Shown piece by piece: positions 40,856-50,164 of a stretch of 64,000 nt of DNA (position 1 is the first letter of the stretch; each line of letters opens with the position of its first letter). A model generated the notes under the pieces. It saw only the letters and a program-made list of their open reading frames with translations, did no database searches and was not told the origin of the DNA. The position numbers were made by a program, and so were the translations under genes. This DNA is from Candidatus Latescibacterota bacterium (GTDB taxonomy: Bacteria; Latescibacterota; UBA2968; UBA8231). The stretch lies in NCBI GenBank assembly GCA_965206595.1, contig OZ242214.1:2400001-2464000 (forward strand). The letters run 5' to 3'.

Positions 40856-41929
40856 TTATCCCCCTCTCAGCCATATGCCGAGGTCAATCAAGGGGGGCGC
40901 CAGGTTGCCGGCGAACACCGCGGTCAGCAGCGCCCCGGCGACGATGAATGGGACGAACGGGAAGCCTTGTTCCCGCTCGATGGAACTTTTCTCCGGCAGC
41001 CCGGGGTTTCCCAACTTCCGCAGGTGGTTCGCCTGCTTCTTCGACAACGGCTGGCCCGCCTCGCAGACCACTATTCCGTCCGCGGCCTCCAGCTCCAGGC
41101 GGTGCCGGGGCACGTCCCCGTCCCGGACTTCCTCTGCCGAAACCGTGCGCACCAGGGCGCGCCCGTACTGGAAGCGCACCTGCAGGTAAACCACTTCGAG
41201 CACCCAGAGGGCCCCCAGCATCAGCACGTAGGTCTGCCAGGCCCCGGTGGTATGGGACAGGTAGAGCAAGGCGGCGATCCCCGGAGGAAGGATCACGGTC
41301 CAGTACTTCTCTTCCAGTCCCCGATCGAGCAGGCGGTAGCCGACCACCAAGGCCGCCAGCGCTTCGAGGTAACTGAGCGGGCGCTGCAGCACCAGCCAGG
41401 CGAAAGCCAGGGCGAGACCCAGAAGCCCGGCCAAGCCCCAGGCGGCCTGCAACCACTGTCTTCCACCGGGACGGGCGGCCTGCGATCTGCCTTCTTCTTT
41501 GGGCTCGCGTCGCCACAGCGGCACCAGCAGCAGCACGAGCAGGTAGCAGATCAGACTGTTCAGGATCAGGGCGAACGGGGCAGCCTGCATGGCCAGCGGT
41601 TCGGGCGACGGGCACAGGCTCGGCGGAAGGGCAACCACCGCGGCCCAGAACAGCTTGGCGTCTCCCGGGGCCCAGAAGCCGAACAGGGTCAGCCCCACGG
41701 CCACCGCCAAGCCGATCCCGAGCAAGGCGGCGACGCGGCCGAAGGTGGTCACGTCGAGGCCCACCATGACCGCCTGCCCGACCAGCCCGATCCCGAGAAG
41801 GGTCAGGGTGTAGCGGTTGGGCACCCACCTCGCCTTCAGGTCGGTGCAACTGGTGTAGAAGCCGGCCGTCAGCAGGCTGGCGAGCATGGCCGTCTCGACG
41901 AGAAAGACCGGGTCGGTGAACAGGTTCAT
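40856..41929 (-). CDS. A24-family prepilin peptidase (TadV/CpaA/FlaK-like)
   Basis: TDLKARWVPN and APGDAKL catalytic-Asp motifs, C-terminal PFVPFI, multiple TM helices; no N-terminal Cys/Zn domain. Confidence 0.85.
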   Translation of the reverse strand: MNLFTDPVFLVETAMLASLLTAGFYTSCTDLKARWVPNRYTLTLLGIGLVGQAVMVGLDVTTFGRVAALLGIGLAVAVGLTLFGFWAPGDAKLFWAAVVALPPSLCPSPEPLAMQAAPFALILNSLICYLLVLLLVPLWRREPKEEGRSQAARPGGRQWLQAAWGLAGLLGLALAFAWLVLQRPLSYLEALAALVVGYRLLDRGLEEKYWTVILPPGIAALLYLSHTTGAWQTYVLMLGALWVLEVVYLQVRFQYGRALVRTVSAEEVRDGDVPRHRLELEAADGIVVCEAGQPLSKKQANHLRKLGNPGLPEKSSIEREQGFPFVPFIVAGALLTAVFAGNLAPPLIDLGIWLRGG

Positions 41930-42525
41930 CGGCTCCCCTTCCGCCCGAGGGCGTCGGCGACCAGGGTCCCTACCAGCTTGGCTCCCTCCGGCTCCCCGAC
42001 GCCGGAACCGGCCACCTTGCCCTCGGCGTCGAGCAGGTAGGTCGTGGGCACGCCGCTGGTCCGGTAGGCGTCGAAGGTGCTGCCGTCGGCATCCACCAAC
42101 ACCGGAAACTGGGTTGCCAGTTCGGCCTGCAGCTCGGCCTCTTCCTGCGTCGGCTCCCGGCCTGTGTCGCCCCCGCGTTGGATGAACAGCATGCGTTTGC
42201 CCAGGTCGGGCAGTCCCTCGTCCAGGACGGTGCGCATAAGCTGGCGGCTGTACGGACAGGAGAAGCTGACGAACACGGCGGCCGACGATTCCCCTTTGAG
42301 ATCTTCCAGGCTGACGGTCCTCTCCCCGGCCGCATCCGAAAGCTCGAAGCCGGGGGCAGGCGCGCCCCGGGAGAGCAGGGCGGTCCCTTCATCGACCACG
42401 CGCAGGAGCAGGGAGGACTGAAGGTCCCGGTCCTCGGGCGGTTCTCCGGTCGCCAGGGCCGCGATCAACCCCAGCGCCAGCGCGCCTCCGGCCAGCACCG
42501 GCTTGAGAGCGTTGCGATCCATCAT
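41926..42525 (-). CDS. Membrane-anchored redoxin (AhpC/TSA fold, CxxS)
   Basis: GAPAPGFEL, VSLEDLKG, SFSCPYS, FPVLVD, GVPTTYLLDAEGKV. Confidence 0.82.
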   Translation of the reverse strand: MMDRNALKPVLAGGALALGLIAALATGEPPEDRDLQSSLLLRVVDEGTALLSRGAPAPGFELSDAAGERTVSLEDLKGESSAAVFVSFSCPYSRQLMRTVLDEGLPDLGKRMLFIQRGGDTGREPTQEEAELQAELATQFPVLVDADGSTFDAYRTSGVPTTYLLDAEGKVAGSGVGEPEGAKLVGTLVADALGRKGSR

Positions 42526-43067
42526 CCCCTTCCTCCCTCCGATTCGTTCCAGGCCGCCAGGACTTCGGTGATGCTGCGGCTGCCGGTGGCGGCGTGGCGG
42601 ACCACCCCGCGCCGGTCGATGAGCAGGGCGCTGGGCACCCCGCGCACGTCGTAGAGCCGATGCACCGCCTGCCCTTGGTCGTGTCCGATTGCCAGAGTGA
42701 CCTCTCCGATGTGGGCCTGCACCAGGTCCGGGTCGCCCGCGGCGACGGCGACGATGGGCAGCACTTCGGCCGCCTTGGCCACCGCCGGGTAGGCGGCCTT
42801 GCAGGCCCCGCACGCGGCGTCGGTGAAGTAGAGCAGCCAGGCATCGGCCCCCCGGGCGCTGGCCAGAGACACGGTTGCCCCGCCAAGGCCGGGCAGCGTG
42901 AAGTCCGGCGCCTGCCGGCCCAGCAGGTGGGCGAATGGCTTGGGCGGCAGGCCTGGCGGAGCCCCGGTTTCCAGGCGCGCGCCGATGCCGATGCACAGGG
43001 CCAGCAGCAAGCCGACGGCCGCGGACACCGCCTTTACCATGGGATTCATCCCGGAAGGATCAGCCAT
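42522..43067 (-). CDS. TlpA-like thiol-disulfide oxidoreductase (CGAC)
   Basis: N-terminal anchor, GRQAPDFTLP, ACGACK, YDVRGVPSALLIDRRG. Confidence 0.85.
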   Translation of the reverse strand: MADPSGMNPMVKAVSAAVGLLLALCIGIGARLETGAPPGLPPKPFAHLLGRQAPDFTLPGLGGATVSLASARGADAWLLYFTDAACGACKAAYPAVAKAAEVLPIVAVAAGDPDLVQAHIGEVTLAIGHDQGQAVHRLYDVRGVPSALLIDRRGVVRHAATGSRSITEVLAAWNESEGGRG

Positions 43068-43671
43068 TTCCTTTGCTTTCGGTTGGCGGTCTCGAGGCGA
43101 ACCAGGAACGCAGCCCGCGCAGCTCTTTCAGCATGGCCCCGACCGTCAGCGTTGCCCCGCTGATGCCATCCAGGTCTTTGCCGACCCGCAACGAATCGCC
43201 CAGGGAGGTCCCTTTCAGTTGGGACAGGAACGCGTCCGGATCGAAGAAGCCGCCCTCCTTCTCCCAGGCTTCCAGGGGCGCAACCCCGGCTATCTCTTGC
43301 GTCGAGGGGGTCAGGTAGACCGCGGCCAGCAGGTCGCGGCAGGTGCTGCAGGCGATGTCGTGGCGCACCAGGGCCAGGGCGTAGACCGGGCGGCCGTTGT
43401 CGGAGACCCGGTAGAGCTGCAGCAGGCCGGAGCGGGGCAGGGGACGGGCTTCGTGGATCAACCGGAGGTCGATGGAAGCGAGCGCAGAGTCGAACTGTCG
43501 GGTGGTGGCGAGGAGCTGTGTCGCGGAGGGGAGCGCCGGAAGCGCGGGAGCGAAGTGGCGGGCGCGGGCTTCGGAGTAGAAGTGAAGGAGGGCGGCGACT
43601 CCGCCGGTCAGGCCCAGGATCAGGCCGCAGGATATCAGTACTGCAGGCTTGCGGGAGGTCATGCCTTCCAA
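43060..43671 (-). CDS. Exported FMN-binding-domain protein with CxxC
   Basis: N-terminal TM helix, HDIACSTCRD, LDGISGATLT flavinylation-type motif. Confidence 0.8.
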   Translation of the reverse strand: MEGMTSRKPAVLISCGLILGLTGGVAALLHFYSEARARHFAPALPALPSATQLLATTRQFDSALASIDLRLIHEARPLPRSGLLQLYRVSDNGRPVYALALVRHDIACSTCRDLLAAVYLTPSTQEIAGVAPLEAWEKEGGFFDPDAFLSQLKGTSLGDSLRVGKDLDGISGATLTVGAMLKELRGLRSWFASRPPTESKGNG

Positions 43672-43764
43672 ACCGCCTTGCAGTGAGAGGGATCACCCCG
43701 GCTTCGCGGACCGCCCAACCTTGCCCCGCCGCGCCTGCCGTTTGTGCCGATCAAAGACGCACAT

Positions 43765-43794
43765 AGGGTAAGGGGGGGGGCAAAAAAAGGTCAA
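43765..43794 (-). promoter_or_regulatory. Candidate sigma-70 promoter with homopolymeric spacer
   Basis: TTGACC-18 nt (T7 G C9 T)-TACCCT, about 95 nt upstream of the first gene of the cluster. Confidence 0.5.
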
Positions 43795-44167
43795 AGGAGT
43801 TTTTAATCCTGGGACGATCAGGTGAAATCTCGTCGGGGGACTGAAAGCTTGCCGGAGCCGGTTCACAGGGTGGGAGGTTCACCGCCACGACGGCTGGAGG
43901 CGGGCAGACGGGCTTGTGCACGTCGTGTACCCAGTGAACGGTCGCAGGGAAGGGGCAGACCCGGCGGATGGGACGGACGGCCATCTACCCACCGGCTCGC
44001 CCATGTGGGATCGAACGGCCGGATCAGGTGCCGTGCGCGGACGTGACCTACATTTCGATGCAACGAGGTTTCACTATCTGGCGGCGATCATGAACTCGAT
44101 GGACGGCAGGCCGATGGAGGAACAATGAACCCGCCTCTACCACCCACGACCCTGGCATTCGGTGCCC

Positions 44168-45376
44168 ATGGAATCCCACACTGAAATCGAAGGCGTCCCG
44201 GTCTGGGGGAAACCCCTCGACAACGCGGTAAGGCAGATCGTCAACTGCGCCCGCAGCGCCGAGCACGCCGCCCTCATGGCCGACCACCACCTCGGCTACG
44301 CCATGCCGATCGGCGGGGTGGCCGCCTACCGCGCCGCCGTCAGTCCCTCCGGGGTCGGCTACGACATCAGCTGCGGCAACAAGGCGGTCCTGCTCGACGC
44401 CGATCCCGATCTCGTCGCCTCCGAAACCGGACCCATCATGGACGAGATCTGGGAGACCCTCTCCTTCGGCATCGGCCGCAGGAACGACGAACCGGTGGAG
44501 CACGTGCTGTTCCGCGACGATCCCGCTTGGGACATCGAGGTCGCGGCAAAGCTGAAATCCTTGGCGCAAAGCCAGCTGGGGACCATCGGCTCGGGCAATC
44601 ACTACGTCGATCTCTTCCTCGACGAGGAACGGCGCGTCTGGTGCGGGGTGCACTTCGGCTCGCGCGGCCTCGGGCACAAGCTGGCGACCCACTTCATCAA
44701 GGCGGGCGGCGGCAAAGAGGGGATCGACGTCGATCCCGTGCTCCTCGACACCGGCTCCCAGCTCGGCCAGGAGTACGTCGCCTGCATGAAGCTCGCCGGC
44801 CGCTACGCCTATGCCGGCCGCGACTGGGTGTGCGCCAAGGTCGCCTCCCTGCTGCGCTGCAACATCGTCGCGGAGGTGCACAACCACCACAACTTCGCCT
44901 GGGAGGAAGAGCATTTCGGCGAGAAGCTGTGGATCGTGCGCAAGGGGGCCACCCCCGCCTTTCCCGGACAGCGCGGCTTCATCGGCGGCTCCATGGGAGA
45001 CATCTCCGTGATCGTCGAGGGGGTCGACGGCGAAGAGAGCGTCACGTCGATGTACTCCACCGTTCACGGCGCCGGACGGGTGATGTCGAGAACCGCGGCC
45101 GCGGGCAAGCGGCGCTGGAAACGGGCGCGGCGCAAGGCCGGGAAGAAACAGATGCAGGCCAAGGCGGGCGCCATCAGCCGCGAGATGATGATGGAATGGG
45201 TTTCGCGGGAAGGGGTAGTGCTGCGTGGCGCCGGCACCGACGAATCCCCCCATTGCTACAAGCGCCTCCCCGAGGTGCTGGAGTATCATTCCGCGGGCAT
45301 TCGCATCCTGCACACCCTGAAGCCGATCGGGGTGGCGATGGCCGGGGCGGACGAGTACGATCCGTTCCGGGACTGA
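44168..45376 (+). CDS. rtcB: RNA ligase RtcB
   Basis: MADHHLGY.MPIGG, GYDISCG, QLGTIGSGNHY, HFGSRG, HNHHN, RKGATPA, STVHGAGR.MSR, DESP..YK. Confidence 0.95.
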   Translation: MESHTEIEGVPVWGKPLDNAVRQIVNCARSAEHAALMADHHLGYAMPIGGVAAYRAAVSPSGVGYDISCGNKAVLLDADPDLVASETGPIMDEIWETLSFGIGRRNDEPVEHVLFRDDPAWDIEVAAKLKSLAQSQLGTIGSGNHYVDLFLDEERRVWCGVHFGSRGLGHKLATHFIKAGGGKEGIDVDPVLLDTGSQLGQEYVACMKLAGRYAYAGRDWVCAKVASLLRCNIVAEVHNHHNFAWEEEHFGEKLWIVRKGATPAFPGQRGFIGGSMGDISVIVEGVDGEESVTSMYSTVHGAGRVMSRTAAAGKRRWKRARRKAGKKQMQAKAGAISREMMMEWVSREGVVLRGAGTDESPHCYKRLPEVLEYHSAGIRILHTLKPIGVAMAGADEYDPFRD

Positions 45377-45426
45377 CGGGGTGCCCGTCCAGGCCCCAAG
45401 CGATCCGAATTTCAGGAGAAACCCCA

Positions 45427-46524
45427 TTGATCGAGGTCAAATCGACAGGACTCGTCTACCGCAACCCGAAGCCCTACCTCAGGTCCATCCACGCCTGGCA
45501 CCCGACCATCGTGCCCCTCGGCGGCGGGGAGATGCTGGCCGGCTACGACCTGGCCGAGGCGATTTCGGCGGCGAACTACCGCTCCTACGTGTCGAGGTCG
45601 AACGACGGGGGCGAGACCTGGAGCGAGCCGCGCCGCCTCGTGCCCGGCCACACCGAGGTCACCGATTTCATCCGCCTGAGCCGCCTGTCCGACGGCACCC
45701 TCCTCGGAGTGGGCCAGCGCAAGGAGCCGGACCTGGAGACCCAGAGCTGGAACCCGGAGACCTACGGATGCCGCCCCGGCGAGTGGTTCACCATCCGCAG
45801 CGCCGACAACGGCGAGACTTGGAGCGAGCCGGAGCTTTTCGAGCCGGCGATCACGGGACAACCCTGGGAGATCTGCCACGCGGCGGTGGAAGTCGGCGAC
45901 GGCCGCCTGCTGCTGCCGGCGGGATTGCTGCGCACCTGGGAGGGGGAGGCCCCCAACGGCCTCAAGACGGTCGCCCTTGCCTCTCACGACCGCGGGGCGA
46001 CTTGGCCCGACCACCTCGAGCTGTTCAGCGACCCGGAGGGCGGGACCCTATTTCACGAAGTGAGCCTGATCGAGCTGGCGGACGGCGGCCTGTTGTCGGT
46101 CGCCTGGCCGTTCAACCCGGAGGTGGGACGCACGGTGACGAAGGTGCCGTTCGCGCTGGCGCCCGACGGCAGGGAGTTCAGCCTGCGCGGGTCGACGGAA
46201 ATACCGGGGGAAACCACCAAGCTCGTCGGCCTCGGGGGCAACCGCGTCATGTCCTTCATGCGCAGGACCGACCAGCCCGGGTTGTGGGCCTGCGTGTCGC
46301 GGATCGAAGGGGACCGCTGGATCAACGAAGCGGAAGCCCCGGTCTGGCAGGGGGCGGAATCGCGCATGCTCGGGGATGACCGGGCCGCGGAAGAGCTGGC
46401 CGCCCTGCAGTTCGGTTTTCCGAACCCGCACCTGCTGGAGGACGGGGACGTCTTCGTCGCCTTCTGGTGCCGCGAGAACTGCATCCACAACATCCGCTGG
46501 GTGCGGCTGGGTGTGGACCAGTAG
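45427..46524 (+). CDS. Sialidase-like BNR protein
   Basis: TTG start after AGGAGA; SNDGGETWS, SADNGETWS, SHDRGATW Asp-boxes; FGFP. Confidence 0.8.
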   Translation: MIEVKSTGLVYRNPKPYLRSIHAWHPTIVPLGGGEMLAGYDLAEAISAANYRSYVSRSNDGGETWSEPRRLVPGHTEVTDFIRLSRLSDGTLLGVGQRKEPDLETQSWNPETYGCRPGEWFTIRSADNGETWSEPELFEPAITGQPWEICHAAVEVGDGRLLLPAGLLRTWEGEAPNGLKTVALASHDRGATWPDHLELFSDPEGGTLFHEVSLIELADGGLLSVAWPFNPEVGRTVTKVPFALAPDGREFSLRGSTEIPGETTKLVGLGGNRVMSFMRRTDQPGLWACVSRIEGDRWINEAEAPVWQGAESRMLGDDRAAEELAALQFGFPNPHLLEDGDVFVAFWCRENCIHNIRWVRLGVDQ

Positions 46525-46649
46525 GGGTCTGCGCATCTCACGGTTCGAGCACCCCGGTTACCCGGCTCACGACCGCGGCAAGCACCTGCGCGCAGGTTCA
46601 CCCCTCGTCAGCGGCGGCGGGAATTCCCCGAAAAAAGAGCGTATTGTCG

Positions 46650-47240
46650 TCATTCCCCCCCTCCGCGCTCGCGTTGCAGGTCTTCGAATTCCTTGCGCAG
46701 CAGCTTCTTGCCTTTGTACAGGCGCATCTTCACCGTCGCGAAGCTCAGTCCGAGCAAGCGGCAGATCCGCTCGTACGAGCAGCCTTCGAAATGGAAAAGA
46801 ATGAGGACTTTCCGGTACTCGGGCTTGACGCGGTCCAGCGCCTCCATCAACGCCTCGCTATCCTCTTTCTGCACCAGTATCTGGTCGGCGGTCTTCTCCC
46901 TCCTCAGCGCCGGAAGCAATGCGTCGAGCACTCCTTCCCGGGCGACCTCCTCGACCTGCGAGCGGCGGCGCACCTGTTGGCCGCGCAGCCAGTCGGTGGA
47001 GGCGTTGCCTGCCATTCTCGCCAACCATGGCGCGAATTTCGAGGGCTCCCGAAGCTTGGCGAGCTCGAGGTAGGCCTTGCAGAATACCTCCTGGCTGAGA
47101 TCGTCCACCTCTTCAGGCCGGCGAACGGCCTCGAACATCACGCCGTGTACGAGCTTTACGTACCGTTTTACGAGCGCGCCGAAGGCGGCGGAATCGCCCT
47201 CGAGCGTCCTTCTGACCAGTTCGCTATCGTTCTCTGCCAT
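46650..47240 (-). CDS. ECF sigma factor
   Basis: DSELV..GDSAAFGALVKRY, DLSQEVF, FAPWLARMA, SYERI..TVKMRL. Confidence 0.92.
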   Translation of the reverse strand: MAENDSELVRRTLEGDSAAFGALVKRYVKLVHGVMFEAVRRPEEVDDLSQEVFCKAYLELAKLREPSKFAPWLARMAGNASTDWLRGQQVRRRSQVEEVAREGVLDALLPALRREKTADQILVQKEDSEALMEALDRVKPEYRKVLILFHFEGCSYERICRLLGLSFATVKMRLYKGKKLLRKEFEDLQRERGGGE

Positions 47241-47488
47241 GAAGGGGATCCTGGCAATGGTGGTTGCGACTGAATGCTCTCGGCTGGAGATCGGGGGGAG
47301 CTGCCCGCAGAGACAGGCGTGGCCGCGGCATACCACTCCTCGGCCAGTCCCCGGTCGTCACTGCGGCGCCGTATAGAAAGACGCGGCGGCCAGGAAACTT
47401 ACTAGCCCGAGGGGCTGACAGAAAACGTGTGCAGCAAACAGGAGGTCTTTCACATCCCTTCCGTATTCGATCCCATGGGAGCCGCTCC

Positions 47489-48250
47489 ATGACCCTGCTG
47501 ACCGAATCAGACCGCGAGTACTTCCGCCGGCACGGCTTCGTCCTCCTGCACGACCTCGTCTCCGCCGCCGAAATCCAGCGCTTCCTCGAGCTCTTCCACG
47601 AAGACCGGAAACGGACGCCGCTGCGCTGGGCACGGCGCGGTTCCCAGACCATGAACTGCGACGCCCTGTGCACGACACCCGAGTTCGACGAAGTCGTCCG
47701 CCACCCGCTGATCCTGCAGGCAGTCGTCGAGCTGATGGGGGGGCCGGTCTGCTTCAGCGAGCTCTGCATCCGCCTCATGGAGCCCGCGGACAGCCCGGGC
47801 AGCGGGGGGTGGCACCGCGACCGGGGCCACTACCCAGAGCATCCGCTGCGCATGGACTACATCCAGCTCATGCTCTACCTGACCGACGTCGACGAGACCA
47901 CGCACTGCTTCTCGCTTTCCCCGGAATCGGTCGACGAGCCGATTCTCGGGAAGGCCGGCAAGCAGCTCGAGCGCGGCGGCTGCTTCGACGTTCACGGCCC
48001 TGCCGGAACCGTCTGCCTCTTCAACGTGGCGGTCCTGCACCGGGCAACCGTCCGCAAGACCGACAAGGAGCGCATCAGCATCCAGGCCTACTACGGCCAC
48101 CGCGACCGCCCCTACCTCGCCGACGACTCGCTCATCCCGCCGATGTTCTTCATCAACCACCCCGACCCGGAGGTGCGCGCCTTCTACGGCAACCTCAACG
48201 GCATTACCAGGCTGTACATGCGCGCCTTCGGAATCGAGGAGCCCGGCTGA
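47489..48250 (+). CDS. PhyH-family dioxygenase
   Basis: FRRHGFV, WHRD, GPAGTVCLFN..LH. Confidence 0.85.
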   Translation: MTLLTESDREYFRRHGFVLLHDLVSAAEIQRFLELFHEDRKRTPLRWARRGSQTMNCDALCTTPEFDEVVRHPLILQAVVELMGGPVCFSELCIRLMEPADSPGSGGWHRDRGHYPEHPLRMDYIQLMLYLTDVDETTHCFSLSPESVDEPILGKAGKQLERGGCFDVHGPAGTVCLFNVAVLHRATVRKTDKERISIQAYYGHRDRPYLADDSLIPPMFFINHPDPEVRAFYGNLNGITRLYMRAFGIEEPG

Positions 48251-48324
48251 AGCCCGGTTTACCGGCGGCCTCGCCTCGGATCATCCGCCCGGGTCGGAAC
48301 CCGGCCATTACCAGAGACAGGAGC

Positions 48325-49152
48325 ATGATGCCCGCACATCCGACGTTCACCCCCGACCGCAAGCAGGAGGCCCTCGACTTCTTCGCCGCCTGGAACTACG
48401 TCGTCGTCAGCGACGCCCTGCCGCCGGGAAACATCCGCACCCTCACCGGGTTCGTCGACCGCTCCGAGCGCGAGATCGCCTCCGAGTGGGGCCCCGACAA
48501 GCTCGGCTGCCGCTCGCACGCGCAGATCCTCGTTCACCACCCCGAGCTCGACGGGCACGTGCGCCCGCCGCTGGCCTGGGACCTCGTCGACGCCATCCTG
48601 GGGCCCGACACCCGCTTCTCCCAGTTCGACTTCCGCGACCTGTGGGACGGGGCCGCCACCGGGCCGACGCGCTGGCACAGGGACCGCTCCTACCTGCCGC
48701 GCGCCGCAGACGATCCCAATCCCCGCTGGGACTGCAGCTACGTCTGCGCCATCCACTACCTGACCGGCGTCGGCGAGGACCAGCCCTGTTTCGCGGTGGT
48801 ACCCAACTCGCAGCGTTGCGGGAGCTTCGATGAGGCGAAGGAGGCGCTCGGGGAGGATTTCCGCATCGTGCCGGTGCGCGGGCCCGCGGGCACCGTCGTG
48901 CTCTACAACATCGGCATCCTGCACACCCGCGTGCACGGCGCCGGCCGCCGCCTGACCCAGCACAACTACTTCAGCCGCGAGCAGAGCCCGCCGCTGACCG
49001 ACTGGGTGATGCTGCCGCGGCGTCTGACCGAACACCCCGATCCGGAGGTGCGCACCTTCTACAGCCAGTGGACGGAAGCGACCAGGGCGTTCGCCGCGGC
49101 CGGGTACTCGGACGAGTACTACTACGCCAACGTCATGGACAAGCCGACGTAG
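48325..49152 (+). CDS. PhyH-family dioxygenase
   Basis: WHRD, VVPNS, GPAGTVVLYN..LH. Confidence 0.85.
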   Translation: MMPAHPTFTPDRKQEALDFFAAWNYVVVSDALPPGNIRTLTGFVDRSEREIASEWGPDKLGCRSHAQILVHHPELDGHVRPPLAWDLVDAILGPDTRFSQFDFRDLWDGAATGPTRWHRDRSYLPRAADDPNPRWDCSYVCAIHYLTGVGEDQPCFAVVPNSQRCGSFDEAKEALGEDFRIVPVRGPAGTVVLYNIGILHTRVHGAGRRLTQHNYFSREQSPPLTDWVMLPRRLTEHPDPEVRTFYSQWTEATRAFAAAGYSDEYYYANVMDKPT

Positions 49153-49260
49153 CAGCCGATGTAGGAGGGGCTTCTTCCACGGGCTGACAGCCCTCGCCGC
49201 CGCCGTTAACTGTGCTGCAGTCTCCCGGTGCGGGAAGGGAGCCCGCGGGCCGGCGGCGGC

Positions 49261-50154
49261 TCAGCCCCTGTCGGGGAACCGCAGGATCCGCTTGGCCGCG
49301 CCCCCCATGACGGAGTCGTGCTCCTCGTCGCCGACGTCGGGGACCAGCTCCCTCAGCAGCCTCACCATTCTGTCGTACCCCGGCTCGACGCAGATCCAGG
49401 GGAAATCGCTCGCCCACATCAGCCGCCCCGGAAAGGTCCGCAGCAGCAGGCGGGCGTTGTCGGCGAAGTCCCGCCACGGCCACGGCTCCTTGCTGAAGGC
49501 GTAGTGCCCGGAGAACATCATCGCGACGTTGTCGAACCGCGACAGGCGATAGACGTTGTGCATGAGGAAGTACAGGTTGGGGTTGTCGACGTGGGGGCGC
49601 CCGTGCCCGTCCCAGGAAAAGCTCCCGGCCCCGGGGCTGACGCCGAGGTGGTTGAACACCACCCGCACCTGGGGGAACGCCTCGATCAGGTGGCCCGCCG
49701 CGTAGATGTCGGCGTGCCCGAGGTAGAGCCACATCACGTAGTCGCGCTCGGCGGCGTGCTTCCAGATCCGGTAGGTCCCGTAGTCGCGCAGATCCATCGG
49801 GGTCAGGGGATCGCGCGGCCCCCCGAGGCCGCCGAGGCGGAAGCCGATGAACTGCCCGTCGCCGGCGACCCGGTCCATGTGCTCCTCGGGGCTGTCGCAG
49901 TCGCCGGGAATCAGCCCGATCCCCCGGAAGCGGTCGGGGTACGTGTCGACGCAGTGGCGGACGTAGTTGTGGTGCTCGGGCTCGGCGCCCCCCATCTGCG
50001 TCAGCACCGCCTGGTCGATGCCGTTGGCCTCCATCTCGCCGAGCAGCTTCTCCGCGCTCTCCTCGCGGTCCGGCGGGCAGACCTCCGAGACCTCGCGCGG
50101 AAACTGCGCGGACAGTCTGGCGAACACGTGCAGGTGGCAGTCGATCCTCACCAT
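49261..50154 (-). CDS. Amidohydrolase_2 family protein
   Basis: IDCHLH, VFNHLG, LMWASDFPW. Confidence 0.9.
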   Translation of the reverse strand: MVRIDCHLHVFARLSAQFPREVSEVCPPDREESAEKLLGEMEANGIDQAVLTQMGGAEPEHHNYVRHCVDTYPDRFRGIGLIPGDCDSPEEHMDRVAGDGQFIGFRLGGLGGPRDPLTPMDLRDYGTYRIWKHAAERDYVMWLYLGHADIYAAGHLIEAFPQVRVVFNHLGVSPGAGSFSWDGHGRPHVDNPNLYFLMHNVYRLSRFDNVAMMFSGHYAFSKEPWPWRDFADNARLLLRTFPGRLMWASDFPWICVEPGYDRMVRLLRELVPDVGDEEHDSVMGGAAKRILRFPDRG

Positions 50155-50164
50155 CTCTTCCTCC

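Noticed and set aside
44168-45376. rtcB as part of the neighbouring peptide system
   Set aside because: Divergently transcribed, ordinary RtcB with no evidence of linkage.
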